DNA of 64,000 nt from Minutocellus sp. GHC0000111. Lineage: Eukaryota. The first letter of the stretch is position 1. Each line of letters starts with the position of its first letter. Shown here one piece after another: positions 43,392 to 54,683 of the stretch. The notes below the pieces were generated by a model. It did not search any database, was not told the DNA's origin, and saw only the letters and a list, made by a program, of their open reading frames with translations. The stretch covers positions 4,154,001-4,218,000 of the forward strand of contig OZ361257.1 in assembly GCA_977018835.1 (NCBI GenBank). The letters run 5' to 3'. Both the position numbers and the translations under genes were made by a program.

Positions 43392-46181
43392 TTAAACTCC
43401 CTCCACATCCGCGCTGTACGACTCGTCATCGCCAAAAGCATCCTCCGACGGATCAGGCATGAAGCCTCCGTTGCGTACAGAAGCATCACGAACAGCTGCT
43501 ACGGCCGCTGCAGCTGGATGTGCCGACGCCGTTGTGACCAGCTGAGCTGAACTTCCCCGCTTCTTTTGGGCGTCCCACACCATACCCAATTCTGACAACT
43601 TCAACGCCTTCTCATTCGTCATCGGACTCTTCTTGCCCTGCTTCATCATACGGTACTGGTTGCGCTGGGAGTGAACCCAGTAGCCAAGACCAGGGAAGTG
43701 CTGGGGAACGCAGGCGTGGCCGTGGGTATTCTTAAAGGTCACGAGCTCCTGGTAACGCTCCTCCCAGGTCTTTCGCGGTGCCTTGATGGCACCCTTCCGC
43801 TTGCCACCAACAAAAATGAAACCAAGATTGTTCAAATCGTTGTACCGCTCGTCGGTCAGGCTGGAAGGCTTGCCATCGCAACGCTTGCGGTACTCCTCGC
43901 GCTGCGAAGAAACGAACCAACCGAGATCAGGATCACTGACCGGAATCTTGAGATGGCCGTGGCGGTTCTTGTACTCGCGAAGCTGATTCATGCGATCGGA
44001 CCAGGTGGTGTAGTCGGCACGCTGGCGGAATTGGAAGCCAATGTCGTTGAGGCGCATGAGGCGGGAGGCCGTCAAGAGCGATTCCTTGTTCTCCTTGAGC
44101 TTCTTGTACTCCCGTCGTTGTCCGATGACCCACTTGATAAGCTCGGTGTGCGGCGGGGTGGTGGAGACGTTGCAGTTGCCATTGTCCCTCTTGTACTGCT
44201 CCAGCTCGGCGAACATGGCGTTCCAGTGCTCATCCTCGGCACCCTTGTTGACCATCTTGCGCTTCGTTGAGGTAAAGCCGATGGCCGTAAGCTGCTCGAT
44301 CTGAGCCGCGGTAATACCAGGAACACGCTGACCATCCTGATACTTGCGGTACTTGTCTCGCATCTTGGCGGCCCACTTGCCTAGCAGAGCATGGTCCATG
44401 GGGACGGAGACAGAACCGTCGTTGTCCTCCTTGAACTTCTTGAGCTGCTGCATCCGTTCGTCAAAGGTGTAATGGACAAACTCATGGCCGGCCTCCTCCA
44501 ACAGACGCTTCTTCTCGTCGGTCAACCGCCCGACCGAGTTGGACTTCATGGCCCGACCCTCCTTGAGATGACGGTACGCCATGTTCTGCTCGTTCATCCA
44601 AAGACGAAGCTCTTGGTTGACCTTGTCGTCACGGGGGACGATGGTGGTACCATGAGCCTCCTTGTACGCCAAAAGCTTGGCATACATATCCTGCCACTCC
44701 TTGCGAGGCTTGTAGTTGGCTCGAACGGATGGAGCCGGTGCGGCGGGGGATGTAATGACGGATCCGTCGGGGGCAAAGGTCGGAAAAGCCACACCTTCCG
44801 TACCGGCATTAGTATTCATTCCGGTAAAATCAAATCCAATGCTCGTCAAGCGATCAATCTTTTCCTGCGTCATCTTGGACGTCTCCCCGGCCTGCAGCGC
44901 ACGGTACTCGGTGCGTTGATCCGAGATCCATCGACGCAATTTGCGGCTGGCATCGTCCTCACCCGTTACCAGAAAGTTGCCCGCCGTGGCATGGTGCTGC
45001 TGCAACGAGGCGAACTGTGCCTCCCACTGCTTGTAGGGTTTGCGGGGCTGCGTTTCGACGCGTTTGCGCGCGCCCTTCTTCTTCTTGCTGGAGCGGCTGC
45101 CACTACTGGAAGCGGCTGCGGCAGCAACAGCAACCTCCTCGTCGTCATCGGCGGCACGCTTGCGATTGGTCTGTGGCAGCTTGGGGGCACCCTCCAAGGT
45201 CATGACGTTGACCTCGCCTTCGGAAGCGAATCGGGCGGCATCCCCGAGGTCGTTGAATCCACGGAGGAGGTACTGCGCACCCACAAAGTTGTAGTTGTCG
45301 GCAATGTGCTTCTGGGCGTCGGCATACGATAGGAAGACGGCCCCGGCCTCCTGGTTGGACGTCGAGGCGGCCCGGACGGCGAAGAACTTGCCCGCGGGAG
45401 GTTGCGCTGCGGCGGCAGCAGCGGCTTCGGCGGTGGCGTCGGCTGCAGCTGTGACAGTACCGGGCAGAGGAGGTGGGTCGTCACCCTCCATGGCCATGGG
45501 CACGGGATCTCCGAGAGGCGATCCGTCGAGATTGTCACTGTCCATGTTTATGGCGCTGTTATTGAGCTGGTAGGGAAGCGTTCCTGACTTGTGAGCAGCA
45601 AGAAGGTGGTGATTCGCCCAACTGCTAGAGGTATACCCTGATGGATGATGCGCTTGCCCTAAACCAAGTCCAAATGGATAGCCCGACGACGAAGGATAAC
45701 CGAGGGGCCGCGATTGATTCTGATAATGAGGCGGGTAGGGCTGCAGAGGTTGACCAGAATTGATCCGATACTGAAGTTGAGCCTGAGGTTGAAGCTGACC
45801 CTGAGCTTGTCCCTGAGCTTGACCTGGTACTGGCGCAGAAGCTCCTAACGCAGGATGACGGAACAGAGGGGGGCGGCCGTGGACTTGGTAATAGAGCTGC
45901 TGCTGCTGCTGAGAGACTCGAGACTCTGCTGCTCCTGCAAGAACCGAGGTAGACGAAACCGATGGGTTGGCGATATGGGGCGGTGCCAGTCGATATAGTC
46001 CAGCGGTGCTACTATTATCAACACCTGCACTTGCACCTGCAGTATCTAATAATTCTACCAACGACGAAGGATGCCGAGCAGCTGGAACGACAGGCTCAAC
46101 TTGAGTTGTTGTGTTCTCAGCCTCCTCTCGAGATTCCTCCTGCTTCACTACTTGCTTCTGGGCAGAGTTGGAAAGCGACAC
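43392..46181 (-). CDS. Protein with RNase H1 N-terminal-like (Cauli_VI) domain and six helicase-associated (HA) repeats; start uncertain (first in-frame ATG at 45545)
   Basis: KFFAVR...GAVFLSYADAQKHI...FVGAQY...GFNDLGDAARF, then six W...L..YK..HG...VP....L..WV..QR..Y......L..LGF repeats. Confidence 0.85.
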   Translation of the reverse strand: MSLSNSAQKQVVKQEESREEAENTTTQVEPVVPAARHPSSLVELLDTAGASAGVDNSSTAGLYRLAPPHIANPSVSSTSVLAGAAESRVSQQQQQLYYQVHGRPPLFRHPALGASAPVPGQAQGQAQGQLQPQAQLQYRINSGQPLQPYPPHYQNQSRPLGYPSSSGYPFGLGLGQAHHPSGYTSSSWANHHLLAAHKSGTLPYQLNNSAINMDSDNLDGSPLGDPVPMAMEGDDPPPLPGTVTAAADATAEAAAAAAAQPPAGKFFAVRAASTSNQEAGAVFLSYADAQKHIADNYNFVGAQYLLRGFNDLGDAARFASEGEVNVMTLEGAPKLPQTNRKRAADDDEEVAVAAAAASSSGSRSSKKKKGARKRVETQPRKPYKQWEAQFASLQQHHATAGNFLVTGEDDASRKLRRWISDQRTEYRALQAGETSKMTQEKIDRLTSIGFDFTGMNTNAGTEGVAFPTFAPDGSVITSPAAPAPSVRANYKPRKEWQDMYAKLLAYKEAHGTTIVPRDDKVNQELRLWMNEQNMAYRHLKEGRAMKSNSVGRLTDEKKRLLEEAGHEFVHYTFDERMQQLKKFKEDNDGSVSVPMDHALLGKWAAKMRDKYRKYQDGQRVPGITAAQIEQLTAIGFTSTKRKMVNKGAEDEHWNAMFAELEQYKRDNGNCNVSTTPPHTELIKWVIGQRREYKKLKENKESLLTASRLMRLNDIGFQFRQRADYTTWSDRMNQLREYKNRHGHLKIPVSDPDLGWFVSSQREEYRKRCDGKPSSLTDERYNDLNNLGFIFVGGKRKGAIKAPRKTWEERYQELVTFKNTHGHACVPQHFPGLGYWVHSQRNQYRMMKQGKKSPMTNEKALKLSELGMVWDAQKKRGSSAQLVTTASAHPAAAAVAAVRDASVRNGGFMPDPSEDAFGDDESYSADVEGV

Positions 46182-47058
46182 AAACGGTTCCGATTCAACG
46201 ACGGCGTCTGGAGCGGGGGCGGACTGTTTCTTAATTGAGGCTACCGGGGAAGGCGATTGGATGAGGGGGTGGGGCAGTTCGGGAAGAAGGTCGAGCTCCT
46301 CCTTGTACTGCTGGCGTCGAGTCGAGTCGAGTTGAGTTGGGTGGAGTCAGTCAAGGCAAGTCAAGGCAAGGAGAGGGCAAGCGGGAGACGGAGAAGACAG
46401 GCGTGAATGAGATGCAAGCATAAAGTTTCGAGGAAGATACGAGGGTGATAAACCGAGATGTGCCGAATGACTTCGTTCCAACCAAGGCAGCGGGGTATCC
46501 TCAAACGAAAATCAACATTCAAACAACAAACACGACGGCACACCACGATGGTAATGGACGGAGGGCAAAACGAGCACATATAACGTGCTGCTGAAACAAA
46601 CTGCGCGATCGTGTTTGCTGTCCCTTGCAGAAGCTTCGCAAAGATACCATGGCTACAGCTGTACGCACCGCCTCCAGGTATCCAACCGGGCTACAATTTC
46701 AAACCAAGGCGATGCAAGAATTCAAATTGGTCATAGGTCCTTACCTCCGGTTCTGACGTTACCGAGGAATGGACGTTTTGCGGTGGCGTTTGTTGCTTGT
46801 GTTCCATCGTTGCTTTCCAGGTGCTTTCTCGTGGTTTCTCGCGTGGCGAAACAACTGGAACCCTCGAAGAAGCTCAAGAGACGATTGGAATTCGAAATGA
46901 CATGTCAAACCATCATTCTGAAAATGAGACCAGCACGAGCTCAAAAAATAAAAGCAAACAGCCAAAAGCCAAAAATAAAATGGAGTGACGATGGTGAGCC
47001 GAGCTACGTAAGAGCTGAGATGTAGAAGGCTAACGACAACCATCCAGTATGCCTGCAC

Positions 47059-47544
47059 GTGTTATCCAAGCATAGATTATTCTTCACAGCAAGCGGCCAA
47101 TTCGCGGCAATGGGCGGCATCGTGTCTTTCTGCCCAACACGCGGCGAAACCGACATCAACGACCACCAGCATCGTCGGGGTCGACGTTGTCATTGCCCAG
47201 CTACCCACAACCAATCGTCAAGTGGCACGCACAATGCCAATGCAGATACAAAATCACCTCTAACATCTCGCAACCTGCTTGTGATTGTGGACGACGACGA
47301 CTCACCAATCAAGAATCGAGCCGAATATGCAATGAGTCCAACGGTCGCGGAACGGATCGAGCAGGAGGTCGAGGACGAGCTGAGGAGACGACGGCAATTC
47401 GCAGAAGATGAGATGGCAACAAAAGAGGCGCATAACAACAGAGCGAAGAAACAGAAAGATGATGTCGATGCACCAAGCACTAACCAAACCAAAAGGCTGG
47501 AATCGGTAGAAAATAGAGAGGAAGTACAAGATACAAAGCGATGA
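47059..47544 (+). CDS. Hypothetical charged protein or remnant
   Basis: 161-aa ORF with a charged helical C-terminal half; no recognisable domain. Confidence 0.3.
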   Translation: MLSKHRLFFTASGQFAAMGGIVSFCPTRGETDINDHQHRRGRRCHCPATHNQSSSGTHNANADTKSPLTSRNLLVIVDDDDSPIKNRAEYAMSPTVAERIEQEVEDELRRRRQFAEDEMATKEAHNNRAKKQKDDVDAPSTNQTKRLESVENREEVQDTKR

Positions 47545-47743
47545 CCCAAACACAAACTCTAGCTACATGTAGAGATAGCTAGCTACACGCATAGTAGTAC
47601 AAAGATGAATAAAAAAAAGCGAATACAACCTGCTCCTTTCCATATGCTGCGCTTTAAACCGAGATGTGATCAACTAGTGTACTAATGTGCAGCTTGTAAA
47701 CACTGGGCTACTTTTCAGATAACTCCTATTCCATGAACCATAC

Positions 47744-48880
47744 CTAATTGCTTTTCAGGTCAGCCTTTCGAAGCAGCACCCCGAGCGCAACTAGTGCGTT
47801 TTGTATGTAGTGAGAACGAAATTTCAGGCAATTTTGGTCATCGGAAAGACATTCTAAAAACACTTTGCGACTGATATTTGCAACCAGCCCACGCTTCTGG
47901 CACTCATTGGCTAGCTGTTCAAAAAATCGTGGATATAAGTATGTGTCCAGAATTAGTTCGCGAGATGTAAGCAAATCGCGCCCACCCTGCCGTTTCAGCA
48001 TGGAATTTACACGTCCAGATGCGCCTACACATCTGCTGCTTGCTTGCTTAATGACCTCACGCAAAGGAAATGTATCGAAGAAAAAGTTACAATGAGGACA
48101 CTGTTCACGATTACCCCATTGGTTGTCATCCCCGATGTAGTAGCATCCTTCCCTGAGCGGTAGGCCGTAGACAAGCACGGCATCAGACAATAGACTCGAA
48201 GCATATGCTCCTCCGATAACGTGCTCGAGAGAACGCATCGAAGAGTGATTTCTTTTGCTTCCAGCATAATAACAAATGTTTGCCTTATTGTAACCAACAT
48301 CCCATTTCATCAAAACTAAACATTTCTTTTGCCAGCACTCATCGAAACGATCGATGCCATCAAAGATGTAAAGTCTACCAAACACTATTTTCGAAAGTAC
48401 AGGAAAGTTTGTTATGAAAGGGACGATGCGACTGATCGCAATAGCATCTACCTCAGGACGTAGCTCTTTTCCTTCCACCATGTCATCCCATCTGGAGAAT
48501 TCGTACGACTTCCCATCGTTGTGCTGAAATCTCTTATACCCATCAGGGTCTCGAAAGATACAAGCAATGGACGCCCCTTCCACTCCACGAAACCGAGAGG
48601 CAGGGTCGCCAAATCGTAGTTCCTCCCGGTCCAATACAGTAATCATCTTAATCCTCGGCGCAACATCATTTAGGAAAGATTTATTGAGCACGGAACACGT
48701 GAGATTGTCGGAGTAGGGCATAAATGACATGACAAGTGCCCATAAATCGGGAGGCAGATGAGGCAGGCCGGGGCTCCCAAGATCCTTCGAAGCAATGCCT
48801 TTGGTATCTAGCTGCGCGGTATCTTTCTCGCCGTCGAGGCAACGGCGCTTCGGGTTCTTCTCTTCGGCGTTGTCGGTCAT
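47744..48880 (-). CDS. F-box-like diatom family protein
   Basis: NLS-like KRRC and F-box-like LPHLPPDLWALVMSFMPYSD...LNKSF; similar to the remnant at 1683-2569. Confidence 0.7.
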   Translation of the reverse strand: MTDNAEEKNPKRRCLDGEKDTAQLDTKGIASKDLGSPGLPHLPPDLWALVMSFMPYSDNLTCSVLNKSFLNDVAPRIKMITVLDREELRFGDPASRFRGVEGASIACIFRDPDGYKRFQHNDGKSYEFSRWDDMVEGKELRPEVDAIAISRIVPFITNFPVLSKIVFGRLYIFDGIDRFDECWQKKCLVLMKWDVGYNKANICYYAGSKRNHSSMRSLEHVIGGAYASSLLSDAVLVYGLPLREGCYYIGDDNQWGNREQCPHCNFFFDTFPLREVIKQASSRCVGASGRVNSMLKRQGGRDLLTSRELILDTYLYPRFFEQLANECQKRGLVANISRKVFLECLSDDQNCLKFRSHYIQNALVALGVLLRKADLKSN

Positions 48881-49074
48881 GGTAAGCAAAAAAATGATTG
48901 CGAGAGTGACAGTGAGTGCCGTTGACGGAAAGACCATATCGCCACAAATCAAATTGCTTCTTTGCTGGCCGGCCGGCGATGCGATGACGTTCATTCTTGC
49001 CTCCTCCAGCTTGCAGTGCGTATCTTGTCTCGAGTCCCCGACCCCGAAGCAAGCTTGACCACATCAAAGGCAGC

Positions 49075-50514
49075 ATGAAACGCTTACCAAGTCGCACGGG
49101 TGGGATATGTTGTATTTGGGCCCTCGCCTTCGGCGCTACTTTTCAAGACGTCGAGAGCTTCAGCTACCCGCATGTGCTGACATCGACCCTGACACAACGT
49201 TCCTCCCCGGTATCGGTAGTAGCAGGTCCTCGCCCATCATCGCGAACCCATCTCTCCTCAACAATCAATGGAAACAACTTCTCTGGCATAACCGAAGATA
49301 AGGACGACAGCGAGGCCAGACACTTTCTCGAAAATCAGCTCTTCATCCTGGCCCCCTTCTTCGCTGCCTTTGCCTCCTTCTTCCTTTACCCCACCGCCTC
49401 GCGTTGGTTCCATTCCATAGCTGTAATGCTATCCAACAACAAGTGGGTCCCCGTCGACGGTGGGCAGCTCCAATGGTCCGTTCTACTGCCAGCCCTCAAC
49501 GGCGTGGTCATGACGTGCGTGTCGCTCCTGTATGCCAACCTCATCTCCACCACGGGGACGCAGTTGCGCAATCGACAGATCAAGATTCAGGAATCGCTCA
49601 CTACAGAAATCGACGGCATACGAGGTCTGGCGCAGCTACTGCCGTTCTATCCCGAGGGTGAGGTGGGGGCGCAGAGTCTGTGTGGGAGTCAGCTCATGGT
49701 GTACATCAAGCTGCTCACGTTGGAGTTATCGCCGGACAGTGACCCGCTCAGTCTGCGGTCGGCGTCACCGACGCTGTCTTCGTATCGAGAGAAGTTGCAC
49801 AGCACGAGTATATTGGATGGGGCGCTGCACGATAACATTCGAGAGCGCAGCTATGAGATGTTGGATAGAGCTGGTACCGGCCGATCCTCGCGAATCGCGG
49901 CGCTGCAAAATACCTTCCCACCGTTGCATTATGTCACCATTACGGCACTGACGGCGGCCATTCTGTTTGTGTTTTTAATTGAGACGGATCGGCCTGTGAT
50001 TTTGTTCTTGGATAACTTTCAGCTGCGTTTGATATAGAGTCTGCTGGTGGGAACATTGACGGCCATTTATTGCATTGGCATTGACCTCTCGTCGCCATTT
50101 GTTGGGACATATGTGGTGGCTGCGGACCAACTGCTCGATGAGGCGGAGGATTTGCTCACGTTGATTCGTGAGACATCAACCAAGTCTGTGCAAGAGGTGA
50201 ATGGTGGTACTAGCGATGTCAATGGCGCTGAAGCTTATCCGACGACGAATGCGATAGCTCCTCAGCAGCCCTCCTCGCCTGTATTCGAGACAACACAGCA
50301 AACGAACAACGCTTTTGTGGAAACGTCATCGGCAGTGCCGGCTGAGATTGGAGGTTCTAATGGGAATAATTTCCAGAGTACTTCCTTTGATGCTGGCACT
50401 CAGTCCCTTCCTAAACCTCCTCCTGCAACGGAGGAGGATGATCTTGGTGAACCGATGGAGCAAGTAACAAGCTATGAGGAGTACATGCGAAGAAGGCAAC
50501 AAGGGGAGCTTTAA
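49075..50514 (+). pseudogene. Bestrophin-like (DUF4239-type) membrane protein, probably plastid-targeted; in-frame TAG at 50035-50037
   Basis: Four TM segments, RSSRIAALQNTFPPLHY and DLSSPFVGTY. The frame continues through the stop (LRLI*SLLVGT), which suggests TGG to TAG. Confidence 0.7.
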
Positions 50515-50610
50515 TATTAAAAGAGGACACCAGACAGTTGTAGTCAACTGTGTATGGCTGCAAGTAGATTCCGTAGATCTAGTAGCCGCAATTTGACTCA
50601 TATCTTCAAG

Positions 50611-51978
50611 CTATCGCATAAAACAAGTACGCAGCTTTGTCGCAGCGGGTGCCCCCATATCCCTTGGAACGCATATTCTGCCATCGAAGTAAGCCGCAAG
50701 CGCCAAAGAGATGCTACTATTAGTAATATCCCAACCAATGTCGACGGCAGATTCTTCATTGGCAGCAAGAGACGATATTGTTTTTCGTAGCTCTCTGTCG
50801 ATTTCGTCAGCAGAAAATTCACTATGGCCCCACTCGCCACTCCATTTGATGAAATCAGAAATAATTTGCTGGTGATTCCGAATGATACATGCCACAACTT
50901 CTCTTTCCGGCGTCATTGCCACATGAAGATTGCTTGATACGTATTTTTTCCATACATCGCCATGCACATTTGTATCACCGAACAAATTCATAACTTCATC
51001 TTCCGATGCTTTCAATTCTCCCTTTGGCCCGACAGTATCTCGCGAATGCCACATTTCCTCCGATGGCCACCAAGGCTCGCGATACAGAACTTTCCTCCAA
51101 GAAGGACCGTCGCCACGAACTCGGCACGCATATGCTGGGATGTTATCCATGGCGTCATACCAAGCGTGGATATGAGGCCATCGATTAACGTCGGCCCTTG
51201 GTCGAAGCCCCTCATGCAGACATGGAAGCTGAGCGGAAAATCGTTCAAGTAGTGGGCTCCAAAATATATCAGCCGCTGAGAAGTGCTGTCCTGTGAAAAA
51301 AAGGGCCGGCGGACTGCCCAAGTAGCGCTTCAGTATCGTCCAAAATTTTCTCAAACGTTTCATGGGGCAAGGGATCAAGCCGATATCCCTCCTCGGAACA
51401 AAACAACCATGCGGCCCGAGGAGATTGGCGACAAATGTCTGGCCCTGGGGCTATATCTTCGAATGCGCTAATAGTTGCCGATATAACTTCACTCTTGCAG
51501 GCAGGATTGCCCTTGTGGTCAAGTGGAGGCCAAATCGGTTTTGAACTCGGAAACATATCGTCAAGTTTCTCCAAGAGAGATATGCATTCCACATCACTCG
51601 CCCCCGAAAGCAATTCATGTTCGTCATTGGTTAATATCGTGCGAAGTTGCGGCAAATCGAAGCCTTCTAACATTCCGGTCGTCCGTCTGTATTATCTCGT
51701 TCGTCTTGCGTCGGTGAACCATCGTATGTGTCACCCCTCGCCTCCACAAGCACAGCGTTGAAACGGACACATTTTTCTTCCATCGCCAGCCACAGCCGAG
51801 CGCTGTGCACGCACCATCCATTTCGTTCCCGATAAAGAATCGGCAAAGTAGGATCAATTTTAGATTGGATGATATCATCTATGTGTGCATTTGGGCCCCC
51901 CTTGGCCTCGATTGAAAGCACAAAATAGAAAATATGAATAAACGCATAACAGGTAGGAAAAGGCGCAGGACTCTTCAT
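50611..51978 (-). pseudogene. Glutathione S-transferase (Cys-type) with two frameshifts
   Basis: Motifs LYRERNGWCVHSARLWLAMEEK, LPQL, GPFF, FSAADIFWSPLLERF and WYDAM. Frameshifts at ~51671 (RPE[W]LEG) and in the A7 run 51296-51302. Confidence 0.78.
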
Positions 51979-52516
51979 TACAACGGCATATCTTCTTCAA
52001 CACATCATGTGCCACACGTGGTGCTGATTTTGATTTGAGCATCATTGATTGAAGGGAAATGGTCTGTCCGTCGTTAATTCAACACCTTGTCTAGGTCCTA
52101 GCCTAGAGAGGAAAAAGCCCCCGGCCCGGCGATTTCAGTATCGACCAAAATGAACACGAAGAAGAACGACCGCTAGTCACACCGACCCATCGTCTCCATC
52201 ACCAAACCTCTGCACGCGCCATGTTCGCACCAATGCAATGCCGTTGCGAGCATATTGTGTCGTCCGAACAGTGGAAACCTGGCATCAGAGGACATTTCTT
52301 CATCGCTACTTACTGGTATATTCACGTGCGTGGCATCTTGAGAAGGATATTCTCCCTTGATTCTTCCACTTGTCGAAGATCTTGACCTACTTGTCTTTTG
52401 GATCTTAGCACAAGAAGAATTGAATTACATTGCTGCTATCGGTAGTACCTTCGTTTGATATCGGCGTTAAATCCATTTGGTGACTACCAAATCGTCGTGG
52501 TAGGTGGTACGATACG

Positions 52517-54517
52517 ATGGTGGCCCGATCCAAGCGCACCGTGCGGGAGAATCCTCGCTCGAAGTCGCATCGTGACGATGCCACCGCCGCCACCACCTCG
52601 AAGGGCAGAGACGGCAAGAAAAAGAAGAAGCTCGGCACGGCAAGAAGTGTGACAAGCAAATCGATCAAGACAAAGTCATCCAAGTCTACTCGCACAAAGT
52701 CGACGTCGAATACCGGCAAAGCGAATGCCCTTCACAAGCAAAAGAAGCAGATGCCTAAAATCAAGTCGACTGGGGCGTCTTCCAGACTTGCCGGGGCACC
52801 TCCCAGACTTGCCACGCCCAAAAACAAGACAATGAAGGGTGGGGTTGGCTCTTCTAAGCCTCCACTTCCGCCCAAACAGACTCGCCATCCCAAGCCTAAC
52901 CTACAAATTTCCACTTCAGTATCCAGCGAGGAGGAGATGTCCGCCAACCCCTTGTCCCCCTCATCCAAGGCCACCGGCCCCAACAGATTTCCATCGACGC
53001 CTAACCGCGCGGAAAGGAAGCCAAGTGCCAAGGGATTCCAGGAGACATTTGGCCCTCGCCCGACCCCAAGGCCTGGTGGTGGTGACAACGCAAGTGTTAT
53101 TGATTCCATCGCCGAGAGTGGCATTGCTGACAGCGAGAGCTTCGACCATACTCAATATTCCTTTATTTCAGAGAACGGTACTGTCTTTACGATCGAGAAT
53201 GAGGTCACGTTCGCTATGTTTCTTACCGACGTCAAGGGATTCCTCATTGATAAAACCGGCAAGATGATCCCCACCGGACCTGAAATGGTCGAGATGGTGG
53301 AAAAGACCAAGGGCATGGTTCCCGAAAGCGTCAAGGACAAGCTGAATCATACCGCCAAAGTCCTGGATCCCCGCGATATCAGCGGAAGAGAACTTTTGGC
53401 CTCTGCCAAGGATATCACTATCGCCACCAAGGATGTCGTCATCGAGGAGACCGCCGGTTGTGCCACTTGGTCTTTTGCCAGTCCTTTATCCGGTATTGGA
53501 TTTGTCACTTCCGCTGCAACGGCGAAGAACGAGGACGCAGTTGTTGAGGATACGCTTGAAGAAACTCAAGAGGACAACACTGATCTTGTTCCCGAACATC
53601 CAGATGCAGTAGCGCCATGGGACATGGAGGAGAACTTGCCTGTGATTACACCCATGACGGTCGAGGAGCAATTCCAGATGCCGGCAGACACGCCAATGGC
53701 AACTTACGAGCCGTTCGACATGCCCAATGAAGATGACATTTCTACTGGTGAAAAGCAGTGGGAAGAAAGCCCGGAGAACGAAGATGAACAATATCCTTCC
53801 ACCAACGAGAACTTCAACGAAGACGACGAGTTGGATCAGGTCTCCATCGAAATATCCATGAATGCAAAGGCCCGGCGTCTTCTACTCTCAGCCAAAGAGA
53901 ATCAGCAATGCAATCGTAGTGTTCATAACTCACCCAGCGTTGCAAGCAACGGAATGTCGGCCATGACTGAGGAGTCCAACATTGATATGAAGGAAGCTCT
54001 TCACCAAATCAAGGATCTCAATGCAGAGATTGAGAGACTTCAGAAACAAGGTGGTCAAGATAATGTTGCCCTCGCCGAGGTCCTCAAGCAACGCTCCACG
54101 ACTCTGTGCCGAAGCATGGCCGTGGCATCGACGCTCGCTGCTGCCAAAACCGGTAGTATTAAGAAAGCGGCCATCCAAACCACAAAGGCCGTTGGTCAGG
54201 CCAGTTCGTCCATCGCCAAGTCTTCCAAGAAGGGCGTTGGTTCTGCTCTTATCTCGACCTCCAAAGCGATCGGATCACTAGGCGAAAAACTTGCCAAGAA
54301 CAAGAGCGACCGCAGCAGCCGTAAGGACGATGCCACATATACAACAGGAGATAATAGCACGCTCTCGAGTCACAGTCGCAGTCGATCCAGTCGATCCAGC
54401 AGATCGGAGAAAGCAGCTGGTAGTAAGCAGCACGGCCAACAAGTTGTGCTGGTCTCTGCCGGAAGTCGCATGTCCTACGGATCGGTTAGACCGACTGCCG
54501 ATCTTCACGAGGTTTAA
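52517..54517 (+). CDS. Hypothetical low-complexity protein (basic N-terminus, acidic middle, coiled coil)
   Basis: Uninterrupted 666-aa ORF with coding-like composition. Confidence 0.75.
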   Translation: MVARSKRTVRENPRSKSHRDDATAATTSKGRDGKKKKKLGTARSVTSKSIKTKSSKSTRTKSTSNTGKANALHKQKKQMPKIKSTGASSRLAGAPPRLATPKNKTMKGGVGSSKPPLPPKQTRHPKPNLQISTSVSSEEEMSANPLSPSSKATGPNRFPSTPNRAERKPSAKGFQETFGPRPTPRPGGGDNASVIDSIAESGIADSESFDHTQYSFISENGTVFTIENEVTFAMFLTDVKGFLIDKTGKMIPTGPEMVEMVEKTKGMVPESVKDKLNHTAKVLDPRDISGRELLASAKDITIATKDVVIEETAGCATWSFASPLSGIGFVTSAATAKNEDAVVEDTLEETQEDNTDLVPEHPDAVAPWDMEENLPVITPMTVEEQFQMPADTPMATYEPFDMPNEDDISTGEKQWEESPENEDEQYPSTNENFNEDDELDQVSIEISMNAKARRLLLSAKENQQCNRSVHNSPSVASNGMSAMTEESNIDMKEALHQIKDLNAEIERLQKQGGQDNVALAEVLKQRSTTLCRSMAVASTLAAAKTGSIKKAAIQTTKAVGQASSSIAKSSKKGVGSALISTSKAIGSLGEKLAKNKSDRSSRKDDATYTTGDNSTLSSHSRSRSSRSSRSEKAAGSKQHGQQVVLVSAGSRMSYGSVRPTADLHEV

Positions 54518-54683
54518 ACTTTCTCCTTACCGTTTACTGTGGTTGGCGTCGAAATTGTCTTTTGTTACATATTATATACACATTGAAACGATTGCGTCGG
54601 TATTGAATTGGTATAGCAATCCGGTAATTTTTTAAATCAAGTTTAGGAACAAAGAGAATTCACCGATCACCCCTGATAGGCCC

